Source: Lama guanicoe
Lineage: Eukaryota
Reading direction: 5' to 3'
DNA length: 64,000 nt
Assembly: GCA_013239625.1 (NCBI GenBank)
Contig: MU053934.1
Coordinates: 3,056,399 to 3,120,398, forward strand
Position numbers and translations under genes: made by a program. The notes under the pieces are model-generated. The model saw only the letters and a list, made by a program, of their open reading frames with translations, did not search any database and was not told where the DNA came from. Positions 1 to 12,580 of the stretch are shown here, in pieces. Every line of letters begins with the position of its first letter. Within the stretch, counting starts at the first letter, position 1.

Positions 1-138
1 GAGAGGGTAGCAAATGCAAGCACCCCAAAGATGAGGATAATAGCTGTGAGCTATTAAGTTTCTTGGAAGCTTCTCAAGAAATGGGAAATGCTGGTTCTCC
101 CAGGGAGGAAAATCAGGTAAGGAAAGGGTAGGAAGACC

Positions 139-167
139 GTTTTGTTTTTTGTTTGTTTTCTTGTTTG

Positions 168-198
<31 letters not shown>

Positions 199-201
199 TT
201 G
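139..201. repeat. T-rich (TTTTG/TTTTTG)n simple repeat
   Basis: Directly visible in the sequence. Confidence 0.9.
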
Positions 202-789
202 CTATAGACCCTTTTATACTGCATGTAGGTATTTCCTGCCCGAAAACATGTGAATTCAGTTAAAACTTTAAAAAACACATATAAAGAAGAAATATATCCC
301 CCAGGTGAAGACAGACATCGTGGACCCAGCTTGCAACGGTTCTGTCCATGGTGTTGGCCTTGGCCTGCCCTGCGTGTCCTCCTGGTCCTCCATCCCTCTG
401 CCCTTCTTTCATTCATTCCGCAAACATTTCCTGAGCACCCAGGTTGCCCCAGCGGCCGGGTCAGGCAAGGAGGAGCCTGAGGTGACCGATGCCAGCCCTG
501 CTGTTATGAGCGGCACGCAGGCAGGCTCAGGTGGGACCAGGGGAGGTGGCTGTAACCAGCCACGTGCCCTGGGTGTGGGGGTGCAGCATGTGCAGGGGCA
601 GCCCCCAGACTCGGCATCCCCTGCTTCAAGCCCCGGGGTCTGGGGCTCTGCTTTTGCCAAAGGACTCAGTCCAGGTGGAGAGGCAGGGGGTGGGCCACAC
701 TGAGCCAGGAAAATAATCCTACACATTCTCCGCATCCCCCACCTGCAACCTCACAGCTGTGGAGCATGTCGGAGGAGGCGCAGCGTGGT

Positions 790-1150
790 ATGAGGGAGCA
801 TGGGAATGTGTCCCCTTACCCCGCTGTGCCCTCTGTCCTGGGCATCAGCTAGACACCTTATGCCAACCTCCCTTCTGTTAGGTGCAGCCATGTGACTGAG
901 TCTGGCCAGTGGAATGTGGGTGGAAGTGATACCCTTTCCCTCCTCTTCCCCTGTAAGAACCCACTGGAGAGATGTGAAGCCCTAGGAGCTGGGGGAGCCA
1001 TGTGAAGGACAGATCTTCACCCCCCCCCAAATACGCAGACAACCCACACCGGACTGTCACATGAGCAAGAAATACACTTTCATTGCATGGGGCCTCTGAG
1101 ATTTGGAAGTTTTTGTTTCCACAATTAGTGGGCTTTACCCTGACTAATTT
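790..1150 (+). mobile_element. Old MaLR LTR (MLT1-type)
   Basis: ggccagtggaatgtgggtggaagtga...catgagcaagaaatacacttt...ctgagatttgg...ccctgactaat. Confidence 0.65.
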
Positions 1151-2375
1151 GGAAAGTGTCCACAGGTACCTGAGCTGGATGTTAAAGCCAGGTGAGGAAG
1201 GGTGAAAAGGGCCATCCAGGGACAGGCCCCAGGGCTTGTCAAGTACATTATTCATCCCCCACCCCAGTCCCACGGCCACCTGCCCCCCAACACTGGCCAG
1301 TTCCACGGCAGCCCCCTTACTGGCCTCCCTGTTCCCACTACTGACCCCTCCGGTCTGTTCTCCGCTCAGCAGCCAGAATAATCTTTCCCAAACTCAAATC
1401 AGGTCATTTCACTGCACCACCCCCTTTAAAACTTTCCAGCGCATTAAAAATAAAATCCAGGCTCTTAATCATGGCCTCAAAGTCCTGTGCTCATCTCTGA
1501 ACCTCCCTCCAGCTTGGGCATTACTGCCGGTCAGCAGACATGCCAAGCTCCCCCACCCCAGCCCCGTGTTCACACTGAGCCCTGCGTAGACTGCTCCTCT
1601 GCTCTCTGCAGAACTAGCACCTGCCTTCTTATTTTCCAGGCAAGGAAACTGAGGCTCACGGGTCACTCAGCCAGAAGGTGGCCAAGCCAGGATTAGAATC
1701 AGCCAGGATTAGAATGGAGGACATGAGATTCTCCCTGAGGTAACCTGAAGAGGAATCCAGAAGCTTCTCTGATGTCAGGGGCCTCACAGAGCCCACCCCG
1801 GCCTGCCCAGACCTTTGTCTCAGGAGCTCTGGGGATTGGACCCAGCCTCCCCTCCCAGCACCCAAACCACCAAGCACATCAAACCCTCGTTCCTGTAACT
1901 GCCTTTCCTGTCCCGTCCGTGCTCTGTCCTCACTGTCTCACTGTGAACCAACCTCCCTGCACCCTCAGCTTTTGAGGACACAGCCCCAACCCTGCCCCAC
2001 TTCCACAGGAACCATGGGGCAAGTGTATTTGGGCTCTTCTGGCTCCCGTGTCCCTTCCTGACGAGGACATTTCCACTTGACCATCACAGGACTCCCTCTC
2101 TCGCGGACCAAGCCAGGCTGCCTGACCCTGTGCCCTCCCCATCTCTGGCCCTTCCCCCCTCCTCTGAACTCCAACTGCCAGGAGACTTCAGGGTTCCTGA
2201 AGTTGCCTTCAGACTCCTGCCCCATCTTCTCCCCAGGGACCCTCTGACTGACTCCGCATCATGGTCTTTGCCCAGGCCCACCTGGGACCCTGTTGTCACT
2301 CTGACTTATGCCTCCCCAGACCTCCACTGCCACCTCACCCCCCTTGCAGCCACCACCCCTCCCACTCTACAACAG

Positions 2376-2800
2376 TGTCCCAGTTAGGGTTGAGTCCAGC
2401 TGCATATATCAAAAGAGAACTGAAGAGGGTAACAGTGCCCTAAGGTTAAGAGAGGAGTTTATTTCTCTCTCACATAAAAGCTGCTCAGGGGCAGGCAGTC
2501 CAGGGCTGGTGGAGGGGCTTTATGATGTCATCGTGATCCTGAGCTAAATCTGTGCTGCTCCTGCGGCATCCTCAATACCTTTCTTTTACTTCATGGACCA
2601 AGAGAGCTGTCCAAGCACCATCCATCACATGTGATTCCTGCAGCTATTGCAGGAAGGAGCAGAGAAGGGCACCCTCTGCCTGTTAAGGACCCTTCCCCAA
2701 AGTTGCCTGCACACTTCTAACTTACATCCTATTGGCTACTGAGTCATGTGACCAGTCTAGCTGCAAAGGATGCTGGGAAATGTGCCTAGCTATAACTAGA
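2376..2800 (-). mobile_element. Old MaLR LTR (MLT1J/K-like)
   Basis: gtttatttctctctcacataaaag...ggcagtccagggctgg...acatcctattggc...agctgcaaaggatgctgggaaatg. Confidence 0.65.
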
Positions 2801-4352
2801 GGGAACCCAGACAGGGGAGAGCAGGTCTGGAGAGACCATTAACTCCCAGCTGTGACTGTCCTCTGCCATGAAGACCTCCAGGATCTCACAGACCACCCAC
2901 CCCACCCCCTCCCTCTTGCTCAGCCCAGACTGCACAGCTGCTCATTCAGTTGACACTCTCACACCCACTCTGGAGTCCTGACACCCCTACCCCCCTTAGG
3001 GGGCCCAGAGTCAGCAAGTGGCCGGGTCCTCAGCTGGAGAGTATCCTACCACCACAGAGCCAGGCTTCACCGGTCACCAGACACTAATGCTAGTCCCTGG
3101 CCAGCAGGCAATGGCACGTATGATTTTGCATCCAACCCTCAGCCTGGTCCCCCCATCAAATGGAAAACTCAGCGTAGAACGGAACCTCAGGGTGATCAGA
3201 GCAGGACAAGAAGGAGAAAGGGCAGTCTGGCGGCTGACCGCCCCGAGGGCACTCCTCCCAGCCACCCGCTCTGCAGACACCCTCACTTCACTGGGTCATG
3301 CCACCCAACCGTCCCGAGCCAGAACGTGGCCATCGTCCATGGCTCCTTCTTCCTTCTCACCCCCACTTCCAAGCTATCGCCCTTACTGTCTCTGCTTTGC
3401 CACAGAATCACTCCTCGCCGGCCTCCCAGTCTCCAGAACTGAATACCCCTGTTCTTCTGGGTCCCTCTGCGCGTGGCCTGGTTCTTCGGCCCCTCCAACA
3501 CCAGAGCCCCAGAGCCCGGAGCAACTCAGGTCTCATGCAGACCATTGTCATTCACATAGAAAGTCATCCCTCCTTCCAGTTCCTCACCAGGACTGCCCTG
3601 GGGGAAGCAGCTGTCCCACTTTGCCGGGGCCTGAGGGGGCTTCCAGACATGGACTTTCAGTGCTAAACCTGGGATGAATTTGGCCACCCAATTCCCACCC
3701 CACCCTTCCAGACTAACTCAGCTCCCTAATTTAAAACTAGTCCTTCCCTGATCCCCCATCCCAGCCAGGTCAGATTCCGTGCACATCCAGGTACCTCATC
3801 TTGTGCCATGATTTCTGCTCATGTGTCTACACTGGGAGTTCCCTGAGAACAGGAACTGTGTCTGGTCCATCCAGACTGCCCCAGAGCCTAGAAAATTACC
3901 TGACATACAGAAGTGTCAAGAGGCAGGGAAGGGAGGAAAAAAAGGAAAAGAAAAAGAACTGAAGTCTCCAAATCTCTAATACCCCTAAGGGTCCAGCAGC
4001 TGCAAATTAAAAATAATGCTTGGAATGATATTTGAAGTTTCAATGGTTTGCCAGGAAAAGCAGTCACATGGGTGGGTCGCCTTGTTGACATTCCTCAAAG
4101 TGGGACCACCCCTCTGGGAGGCAGGCTGACAACGACATCTACCAGCATCTCCAGCACATGACGCAGCAGACATCCTACAGAGAGACGATGCCACGTGGGA
4201 AACGTGGGCGCCAAGGGATTCACATGGCCAGGAGCCTGGAGGCAGCCTCACGGTGCAGCCCCAGAGGACTGCTGGCGAGTAAGTTAGGGAACGTCCACCT
4301 GGTGGAATACAAGGTCTTTGTGACAAGAGGAAAGGATAGTTCTCTATTGCTG

Positions 4353-4385
4353 GCGTGCATGTGTGTGTGTGTGTGTGCGCGCGCA
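4353..4385. repeat. (TG)n(CG)n microsatellite at the start of a TG-rich tract (to about 4590)
   Basis: gcgtgcatgtgtgtgtgtgtgtgcgcgcgca. Confidence 0.9.
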
Positions 4386-5751
4386 TTTGTAAGCATGCGT
4401 GTTAGTGGGAGGGGGTGAGAAGGTGCAAGTTCATGATAGGTGTGAAGGTGAGCCTGTCTGTGTGTGAAGGTGTGTGCATGTGTGAGGGGGAGCAGAGGTG
4501 TGTGTGTGCGTTGTGCATTGATGAAAATGTGTATGCAAGAGAGCACGTCTCGTGGACGTGACTGTGTCTGTGACCTGGCATGTACGTGCTCCAAATCATT
4601 CTGGAAGGAATCCTTAGGGACTGGTAGCTGCTTTTTCCTTCAGGGAAGGAAACTGGGAGACCCAGCAAGCGAGGCGGGGAGGAATTTTCCTAAATAACCT
4701 TTTGCACCTTTTGAAGTTTGTTTCATAGGAACATAATATCTACTTAAGAAAATAAATAAAATTGGAACCAAAATCGAAATGAAAAATTGTGGGACCCTTG
4801 GTGGGGGATGGAAATACACTAAGGGCTCCCCAAACACCAGGCTTCCTACCACCTCTATTTCTGATCTTTCCCAAGGAACCTGAAAATGGCCTTGAATCCC
4901 CAAGCCCGGGGACCACCTCCCTGTGCCGATGGCACCCAGGGAGCGAAGCGTTTTGTCCACAGTCACACCAACTTGTAACCCCTGTCCCCTGACTGCCAGG
5001 CCAGAGTCCCGTCACAGGAATACTCAGGAAAGCTCCGAAGACCCTCTGAGAGCGCCTGCAATGGTTTCCCCCTTTCGTGTGAGAAACAGGTAGAAAAGGT
5101 TCTTTTCACCTTTTCTTATACTTAAGTCAGTTTCACCAAGATCTGTGATCTTTCTCAGAAGACAATCTAGGTGTTGCAGCAAGGGAAGAGGACGTGTGAT
5201 GTTTGCAAAGTGTCTGTGAGAAGTTCCTCTCTATCTAGAAGTTATGCTTGCTTGCTTTTTTTTTTTCTTAGTGTTTTTATTAAGGAATCGGAAAAAATTT
5301 AGATGTCCCTTTATGGAGATTGTGCCTGGCTGTCAGCACTGCCTACAGTGCCTGCTTAGAGGGAAGCAGTAAATGGGGTCAGAAATCCTCCCCAGCCCTG
5401 GAATGATGCCCTCAGTCAAATCCTAGCTCCAGGGCCAGGGACCCTGGCCTCCCAGAGAACAGGGAACCCTGAACTCCCCTGAGCAGTGAAGATGCCCACT
5501 TCAGGCTGTGGGCAGGTGCAAGGTGGGCCAGATCTGGGTACCGCCTGGCCCAGCATCATATAGAGAGACTGTGAAATCTCCTCCTGGTCCCTGACTCTTG
5601 GCATCCTGGCATGTCCGTCTCAGTGCCACCACCGGTATCTAAGTAAGGCACAGCTGGGAGAAGAGAAGCGACTAGATTTTGGCAGATCCCATAACAGCCA
5701 CAATGAGGATGCAGAAAAGACCACGAGCCTCCTTCAGAACAACTGAGCAGA

Positions 5752-5876
5752 GGGGGAGTGTATAGCTCAGTGGTAGATCATGTGCTTAGCATGATCGAGG
5801 TCCTGGGTTCAATCCCCAGTACCTCCATTAAATATAAATAAATTAACCTAATTACCTCCCCTCTCCCCCCCAAAAA
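5752..5876 (+). mobile_element. tRNA-derived SINE (camelid type)
   Basis: A box tagctcagtgg and B box ggttcaatcc, followed by an AT-rich segment, a C-rich segment and an A tail. Degenerate flanking repeat cagaacaactgagc (5735) / cagaactgctgtgc (5880). Confidence 0.85.
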
Positions 5877-6719
5877 TCGCAGAACTGCTGTGCCAAAGTG
5901 AGCCCGAGGAAAAGGAGTTCTGGGCAAGTGCAAAGCCTCAGAAGGTGCTGGGCCAGTGTCAAGGATTCGTGGAGAAGGGCCCCTTGGGTGGCACTCAGGG
6001 AAGCATGGAAGTTTGGGGGGCCCTGTCATTACTCCCACAGCACCTGCATCTGCAGTTCAAAGCCTTCCCCGCCATATGCTCACACAAGGGCTCCGCCAAG
6101 TTTAAAACAGGCTTCTCTTGACATTGTTTCTACTTCTACAAGTTCACAGGTTCACCGGAGGGCCGCCCCATCTGCACAGTATAGACATCAGGGGCCAAGT
6201 GATTAACTAAAATCCACCTGACTCTCTGGGCTTCCCAGTATCAGGGACTTTCGGCCTCGTCTCTCCTTCATGATGAGTTTGGGTAGGAGACCCCAACTCA
6301 GATGACACAGGGGCCAGGCAGGAAGTCTGAGGCCAGCAGCAAGGACCATGGCAAACTGAGGGCCCCATCTATAGGGGAGATGGCAGATGGGAATGTTGGC
6401 TCAATACTGCCAAGAAATTCGGAATTTTCAAGAAATGCAGAAAATTGAGATTTGTTTTTTTTAATTTGAAATTCTCTCACTTAAGTAGTGGTCATTAATT
6501 CTAACTTCAACCCACAGCAAAACACCGTGACAAAGCCAGCCGCAAAAAGAACACACTGCTGACCGCAGGTGTGAGGAAGGGGCCTTTTGGAGGGAGGGGT
6601 GGGGCTGTGGGCTGACAAGGACCCTCTGCGGGGGATGTTTGTTTATTCTCAGGTGCTGGCCGGATATTTATTTTATATTGTGGTCACGTTGTAGCTTTGC
6701 AAACCTTTCCTGTGTTTGT

Positions 6720-7072
6720 GGTATTTACCTCTTTAGGAGTCCTGGGTCCCAAGCAACAAGCCCAAACTTTACTTTCCCAGCCTCCCTTGCAGCAAGGGCA
6801 GTGAGCACGTGACTGGACTTGCCCAATCAGGAGTCTTCGCTGCAGACCTCAGGGTGGGAGCCAGGGATGCAGGTTAGGAGACAGAGAACGCAAGGAGGCT
6901 GCTGAGGGTGGCATCACAGCATCACATCTCGGATGCTGCACCCCTCCAAGCCTGGTCTGCATGTCCTGCCAGATACTCCTGACCTGCAGAAGATCCTGAA
7001 TCAGTTCGTTTTCTAATAAAAGTGGCCAGGTTGGGTTCTATGGCTTGCACCTGAGATTCCTGGCCAACACAC
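6720..7072 (+). mobile_element. ERVL-type LTR remnant (LTR33-like)
   Basis: tcccagcctcccttgcagc...cacgtgact...ccaatcag...ttctaataaa...gcttgcac...aca. Confidence 0.5.
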
Positions 7073-8064
7073 GTGCCTTGGCCAAGCAGGCAGGAACAGT
7101 CACTAAGCATGCAGATCACGACTTGAAATTGTCTTTAATTAGCAGCTCCCCACCCCACCGTTCCGCTAAGGCTGACCAGCCTCGGTGATGGTGAGGTGGG
7201 AATGCAGGGAAGGGGCACAAGAGAAGTGTGCCTGCCTGTGCTTTCTTCTCTGCTGGGGCGCTTGGAATAGGGTCCGGGTCATAATGCAGGCCTGATGGCC
7301 AGGCGTGAGCACTGGATCTTAGGGGGCAACACAGGAGGCTCTGAGACAAAAACTTCCTGCTGCCTTGAGTTCTTGAGGGGTAGGTGGCTCTAAAGATGTC
7401 TTCCTGGCCAGCTCTGTGGTTAACTGTCTGACTTCCAAGGCCTGGGAGGCCCACGCACAGCCCAGTTGGCTGGCTGGCTGGCCTTGCCTCTCTCTTGCTG
7501 ACTGCTTTCCACTTTGGGTGCTGGTTAATACAGAGACAGGCTGCCGGAGGTTTCAGAACTAGCAGAGGCCCCCGTGTTTGGTGGGTAGCTGGTTTCGCTT
7601 TCAGAGTGAGTTAGACAGGGCCCCTTGTGAGTCCACCCACTCCACCTGGTGAGAAACCCACCCTGGTCTGTCTGAACCAGGTCAGCACATGCACCACCAA
7701 ATCCTCCTTCCTTGGGGCATCTCCACCTGGAGCAGAGTTTCTCCCACTTGCCAGGGGTGCCGGGCAGGGGCTGGGGCATACGTGAGGGCGGCAAGGAGCC
7801 TCACGCGCGGGCTGACAGCTTCCCACCCCCACGCGTCTCCTCACACCCCAGCCATCAACCACTAACACCCCCACCCATCACCCAGCCGTAGCTGAGAACA
7901 CACATGTTTTCTCTTCGATTCTGCTTCATTTCAGTCCTGCCACTCCCCCCAGGCCAGGGGCTCCTCCCAGGGGACACGAACACCGGCTGGGAAACTAGAG
8001 ACCAGGGTTTGGTCCCAGCAGTGCCCCCAACCCCCACGCCACATGGCCCTCCTTGCGGTAATCA

Positions 8065-8450
8065 CCATTCTGGGGCTACAGACCACAGAAACAGGCTGTG
8101 GCTGACTTAAGCCAAGAGCCAAACAGAAATAGAAGGATCTGGAGTGGTTCACGGATTCTGGAGAGAACTAAAGACCCAGGCCTCGGGGGAGCAGCTGCAG
8201 GGGCCTGGCTGCAAGGATGCCCTCAAGGCACCAAGCTCCAGCTGTTTACTGGCCTCATTTCAGTAGAATTCAAAGAGTGTCATTGGCTGTGATGGGGTCA
8301 AATGCCCACTCCTTGGCTGGAGGGGATGGCTGAGGTACTTTGATTGACAGGTTGACCAAGACCTCACCTAATGCAGGAGGGTAATCTCCAAAGAAAAATG
8401 GGTGCTCCTACCAGAAACAGGGGACCAGACAATGCTGAGCAAGCAAAAAC
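8065..8450 (-). mobile_element. Old MaLR LTR remnant
   Basis: acagaaacaggctgtggctgacttaagc...cattggctg...ggtcaaatgcccactcc. Confidence 0.5.
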
Positions 8451-10719
8451 CAACATTCCAGGCCTCCTCTCTTTGGGCCCATCTTCCCAGCCTCTCAGCC
8501 CTACAAGGATGGGATCAGGTCAGATGATCGTGAAAGTTCTGGGAAAGGCCTCCTCTGATTAGAGGAATCCAAAGTAGGCACTTTGCTTCCCTGGGAGCAG
8601 GAGGGGTCTTCCCAGCCCTCTGGAGGGGCTCCTGGCACAAGGATGCTTTGCACACCCACCCTGAAGCCCCCCACTTAGGAGAGAACCAGGTAGGGTCAGG
8701 GCTGCCACCTGAGTGGAAAAGAGGGAAGCTGACCTCCATCCCCCACGTGGGGCTTGAACCAGAGATCTTGATCTCATGGGCCCCAGGGAGCTCATGAGCC
8801 AACCTGAAAGCAGCAGAGGGTGAAGGGCCCCAGGCTGTGTCACCCTCTCTTGGGGCAGGACCGGAGGGACGCTGAGACTGGCTCATTCTTCGGGGCCCAG
8901 AGCTGCTCTCCGGGAAATGATCTAAACTGGAACTCAGGCAGCAACCAGCTGCAGCCCCAGGGAGGCCCTCGCCCGCTCCTGACTGATGAAGGCAATTTGT
9001 GTACCCACTTTTCACAGGTTGCCAGAGGGGACCCCTGGAAACCCCAGCCTCACCCCCGCCAAAGCCAGGGCTCAGGAACCAACCAGGCCCGGCCAGTGCA
9101 CCAGGGCCCGGGGGGCGAGGGGGAAGGGCTAGGAGGGCGCCAAGGGACACTTCCAGCAGGAGGATGTGGCTGAGAGCTTCAGGCCTGCGGTTCTCACCTA
9201 GAAGCGCTTCTGGCCCCTGGCTGAAGTCACCTGTGCCCTTCCCGCAGGAAGCAGGGGGCGGCAGGAGCGGAGGGGACGGGGGAGGCTGTGAGGTGTGTGG
9301 TTTCGGCTGTGAAGTTCAGAGCGAGCCCGGACGCTTCCTCCTTCCCTCAGGAGGAAGCCCAGGCCATCTCTGGGGTGTACATAGCTGTGTTCATTCTAGC
9401 CAGTTCACCTGTGTACAGGTGAGCCTCCTTCAAGCACACCTGAGCCATGCAGATCCAGCTGGTCCCACTGCTACGTGGGGAGTGAGAGATGCCTAGAAAG
9501 GCCCCCACACCCTTAGGCCCTTGAAGTCCCTGCACCTTAGAAATACCACCATTAGTCAGGAGTGTATCTGTCCGGGGACCTGCACAGCCTGGGCTCCCTT
9601 CCCAGAGCAGCTTCTGGGGGGACCCTCCAGTGGAGCACTGGAAAAGGGCCCCACAGCAGCAGAGCTCCACCTGCCTGGAGGAACCCCAAGGCTCTTGTAT
9701 CCACGCACACAGCAGCGCATCCCTATGGATGGCGGTCTCTCTTGCAGGCACTGAGCATGTGCATGTAATTAACACAGCCTGCATGTCTGGGGCCAGAAGA
9801 AAGGCTGACACGCACTCCATGCAGGATGCTGTTCATTGTAACCACGGGAGCTCCCTCACCATGACTTCCACATAGCGATGAGGACACCCAGTACTCCCTT
9901 GTAATCGGGATCTGAGCACCGGCTAGCGACTCTAGAGCCCCACGTGCAGGATTCCTTCCCTGCGTCTTCTCACTGCCCACCTCTCCACGCCTACCCCGGG
10001 ACTTGGCACACAAAGGGTGCTCAAGAATTGCTTTAAGAATACTTTAGTTAAAACACTGCAGGGCGCAGTGACATGTGGGCCCAGAAATTGCCACCAGAGG
10101 GCAATGCTTGCCTCTCCCCAGACTCCACAAAGGGCTTGTTCTGCAGGAGGGAGGTGAGGTGAAGGTGAGGAGAGTAGTCCAAAGTGGACAGCAGCTGCTT
10201 CCTCCCTGGGGCCTCCAGGTGCCCAAGAGGGGGAGGCAAGCAGGGACCCTCGACTCCCAGAGGGGAGCTCAAGGAGCGAGAAAGCCAAGAGCAACAACCT
10301 GCAAGGGATCTTGGAGGCTCTTGAGGTCTGTACAGTCTGGACCCAGAAAGGGGCAGCCATCAGCCTTAGATCACACAGCAGGGCAGAGGTTTGAACCCTG
10401 GCCTCCAGCCACCCAGATGCCTTCATCACACTGAACCCCCAGATTCAGAGCTGGGAGCTTTACCCAGGGGGTTCCTCATCTTCCTCTAGTTGGTGCAGAT
10501 CAGAAATGGATTCTTGAGACAGCCCCAGGCCCTGGCCCTCTGCTCCCCCTGCATCTCCTTCCCTTAGCCCTGGTGATGGCCAACACCCCCACCTCCAACC
10601 CTAACTACCCCTGAGTGCCAAGGACTCACAGTCTGGTTCCTCCAGCCCTGACCCTCGTCCCAGCCCTCCATCTCCCTTGCCCTGCTCGTCCGGCCACCAC
10701 TCTGCCTCCCAAGTACCAC

Positions 10720-11217
10720 CGTCCCACCCCTGGCCCCAGCTGCTGTCCTGTTAAAATGAAAATCAGACAATGTTCTATCCCTGCTTAAAACCCCTCAAAG
10801 GCTTCCCGCTGCACTTATGAAACAACCTCACTCTTCACCCTGAAAGCCTCAGGCCTGCCGCCCCTGCCTCTGGCTGCCCGTCAGCTCCTGAAAGGCTCCC
10901 AGCTCTTCTCAGCCTTGGCCCTCACCCAGGCTCCCACTGAGCTCTCGCTGAGGCCTGGAGTCATTCTCTCAGGGAGGCCTCCCCTGGCCCGCTCCAACCC
11001 ATCTAAAACAGACACGGACCTGTTTGGTCCCAGCACCTGCCTTTCTCCCATGAGCACTTGCTCTCCTTTGTAATTGGTTGGGCATTGATGAAAGATTTGC
11101 TTAGGGTCTGTCTTCCTGGCTGGACTGTGGCTCCTCAAAGTCACAGGTCAAGTCCACGGAGTCCCATGGCTTCTATGGCACCTAAAACCATGGGTGGCTC
11201 AGGGTAGGTGTTCAAAT
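10720..11217 (+). mobile_element. L2 fragment (host of the L1 insertion)
   Basis: cctgcttaaaacccctcaaaggcttccc...tcagggaggcctccc...ggactgtggctcctc...gtaggtgttcaa. The tail-like gaatgg repeats resume after 12490. Confidence 0.6.
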
Positions 11218-12490
11218 TGTATTTATATATAGAAAACCCTAAAAGGTCCACACAAAAACTACTAGAGCTGATCAAAGAATTCAGTAAGATAGCAGGTTAC
11301 AAGATTAACGTTCAAAAATCAGTTGCATTTCTTTACACTAACGATGAATCAACAGAAAAAGAAAGTAAAGAAACAATCCCCTTTAAAATAGGACCCAAAG
11401 TAATAGAATACCTAGGAATAAATCTAACCAAGGAGGTGAAAGACTTATACAAAGAAAACTATAAACCATTGATGAAGGAAATTAAAAAAGACTTTAAAAA
11501 ATGGAAAGATATCCCATGCTCTTGGAGTGGAAGAATCAATATTGTTAAAATGGTCACATTGCCCAAGGCAATCTACAGATTCAATGCAATCCCTATCAAA
11601 TTACCCAGGACATATTTCACAGAATTAGAACAAATCATAATAAAATTTATATGGAACCATCAAAGACCTAGAATTGCCAAAGCATTACTGAAGAGAAAGA
11701 AAGAGGCTGGAGGAATAACTCTCCCAGACTTCAGACAATACTACAGAGCTACAGTCATCAAGACAGCATGGTATTAGTACAAAAACAGACATATAGACCA
11801 ATGGAACAGAATAGAGAGCCCAGAAATGAACCCACAAACTTCTGGTCAACTAATCTTCGACAAAGGAGGCAAGAATGTACAATGGAATAAAGACAGTCTC
11901 TTCAGCAAATGGTGTTGGGAAAACTGGACAGCAGCATGTACAGCAATGAAGCTAAAACACTCCCTTACACCATACATAAAAATAAACTCAAAATGGATCA
12001 AAGACTTAAACATAAGACGATATACAATAAACCTCCTAGAAGAAAATATAGGCAAAGCATTATCTCACATACATCTCAAAAATGTTCTCCGAGAACAGTC
12101 TACTCAAGCAATAGAAATAAAAGCAAGAATAACAAATGGGACCTAATGAAACTTACAAGCTTCCGCACAGCAAAGGAAACCAGAAGTAAAACAAGAAGAC
12201 AACCCACGGAATGGGAGAAAATCTTTGCAAATGAAACCGACAAAGGCTTGATCTCCAGAATATATAAGCAGCTCATACGACTTAATAAGAAACAAACAAC
12301 CCAATCCAAAAATGGGCAGAAGACCTAAACAAGCAGTTCTCCAAGGAAGACATACAAATGATCAACAGGCACATGAAAAAATGTTCAATATCACTAATTA
12401 TCAGAGAAATGCAAATCAAAACTACAGTGAGGTATCACCTCACACCAGTCAGAATGGCCATCATTCAAAAATCCACAAATGACAAATACT
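11218..12490 (+). mobile_element. LINE-1 ORF2 fragment (end of RT and downstream region), disabled
   Basis: YIENPK...[22 protein letters not shown]...[14 protein letters not shown]...WKDIPCSW...GGITLPDF...TAWY. Premature TAG at 11775-11777 and apparent frameshifts near 12135 and 12290. Confidence 0.95.
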
Positions 12491-12494
12491 GAAA

Positions 12495-12580
12495 GAATGG
12501 ACGGAGGGGTAGATGGAGGGAGGAATGGATGGAGGGAGGGATGGGTAGAGGGAAGGATGGAAGGATAGAAAGAAGGAAAG
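12495..12580. repeat. GGA-rich simple repeat (expanded L2 tail)
   Basis: gaatggacggaggggtagatggagggaggaatggatggaggg... Confidence 0.75.

Noticed and set aside
139..300. Minus-strand retrocopy ending in the T-rich tract
   Set aside because: Only a weak TATAAA-type signal, with no TSD or recognisable parent. Kept as a simple repeat.
1685..1715. Tandem duplication of agccaggattagaat (and a similar one at about 29517-29547)
   Set aside because: These are ordinary slippage duplications inside old repeats.
3018..3677. 219-aa ORF and similar 150-210-aa ORFs (8515, 16206, 24922, 33115, 53319, 54054)
   Set aside because: No recognisable homology or splice structure, often non-ATG starts, and expected by chance in GC-rich DNA.
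5752..5825. Functional tRNA gene
   Set aside because: The stems are degenerate, and a SINE-type tail and flanking repeats are present.
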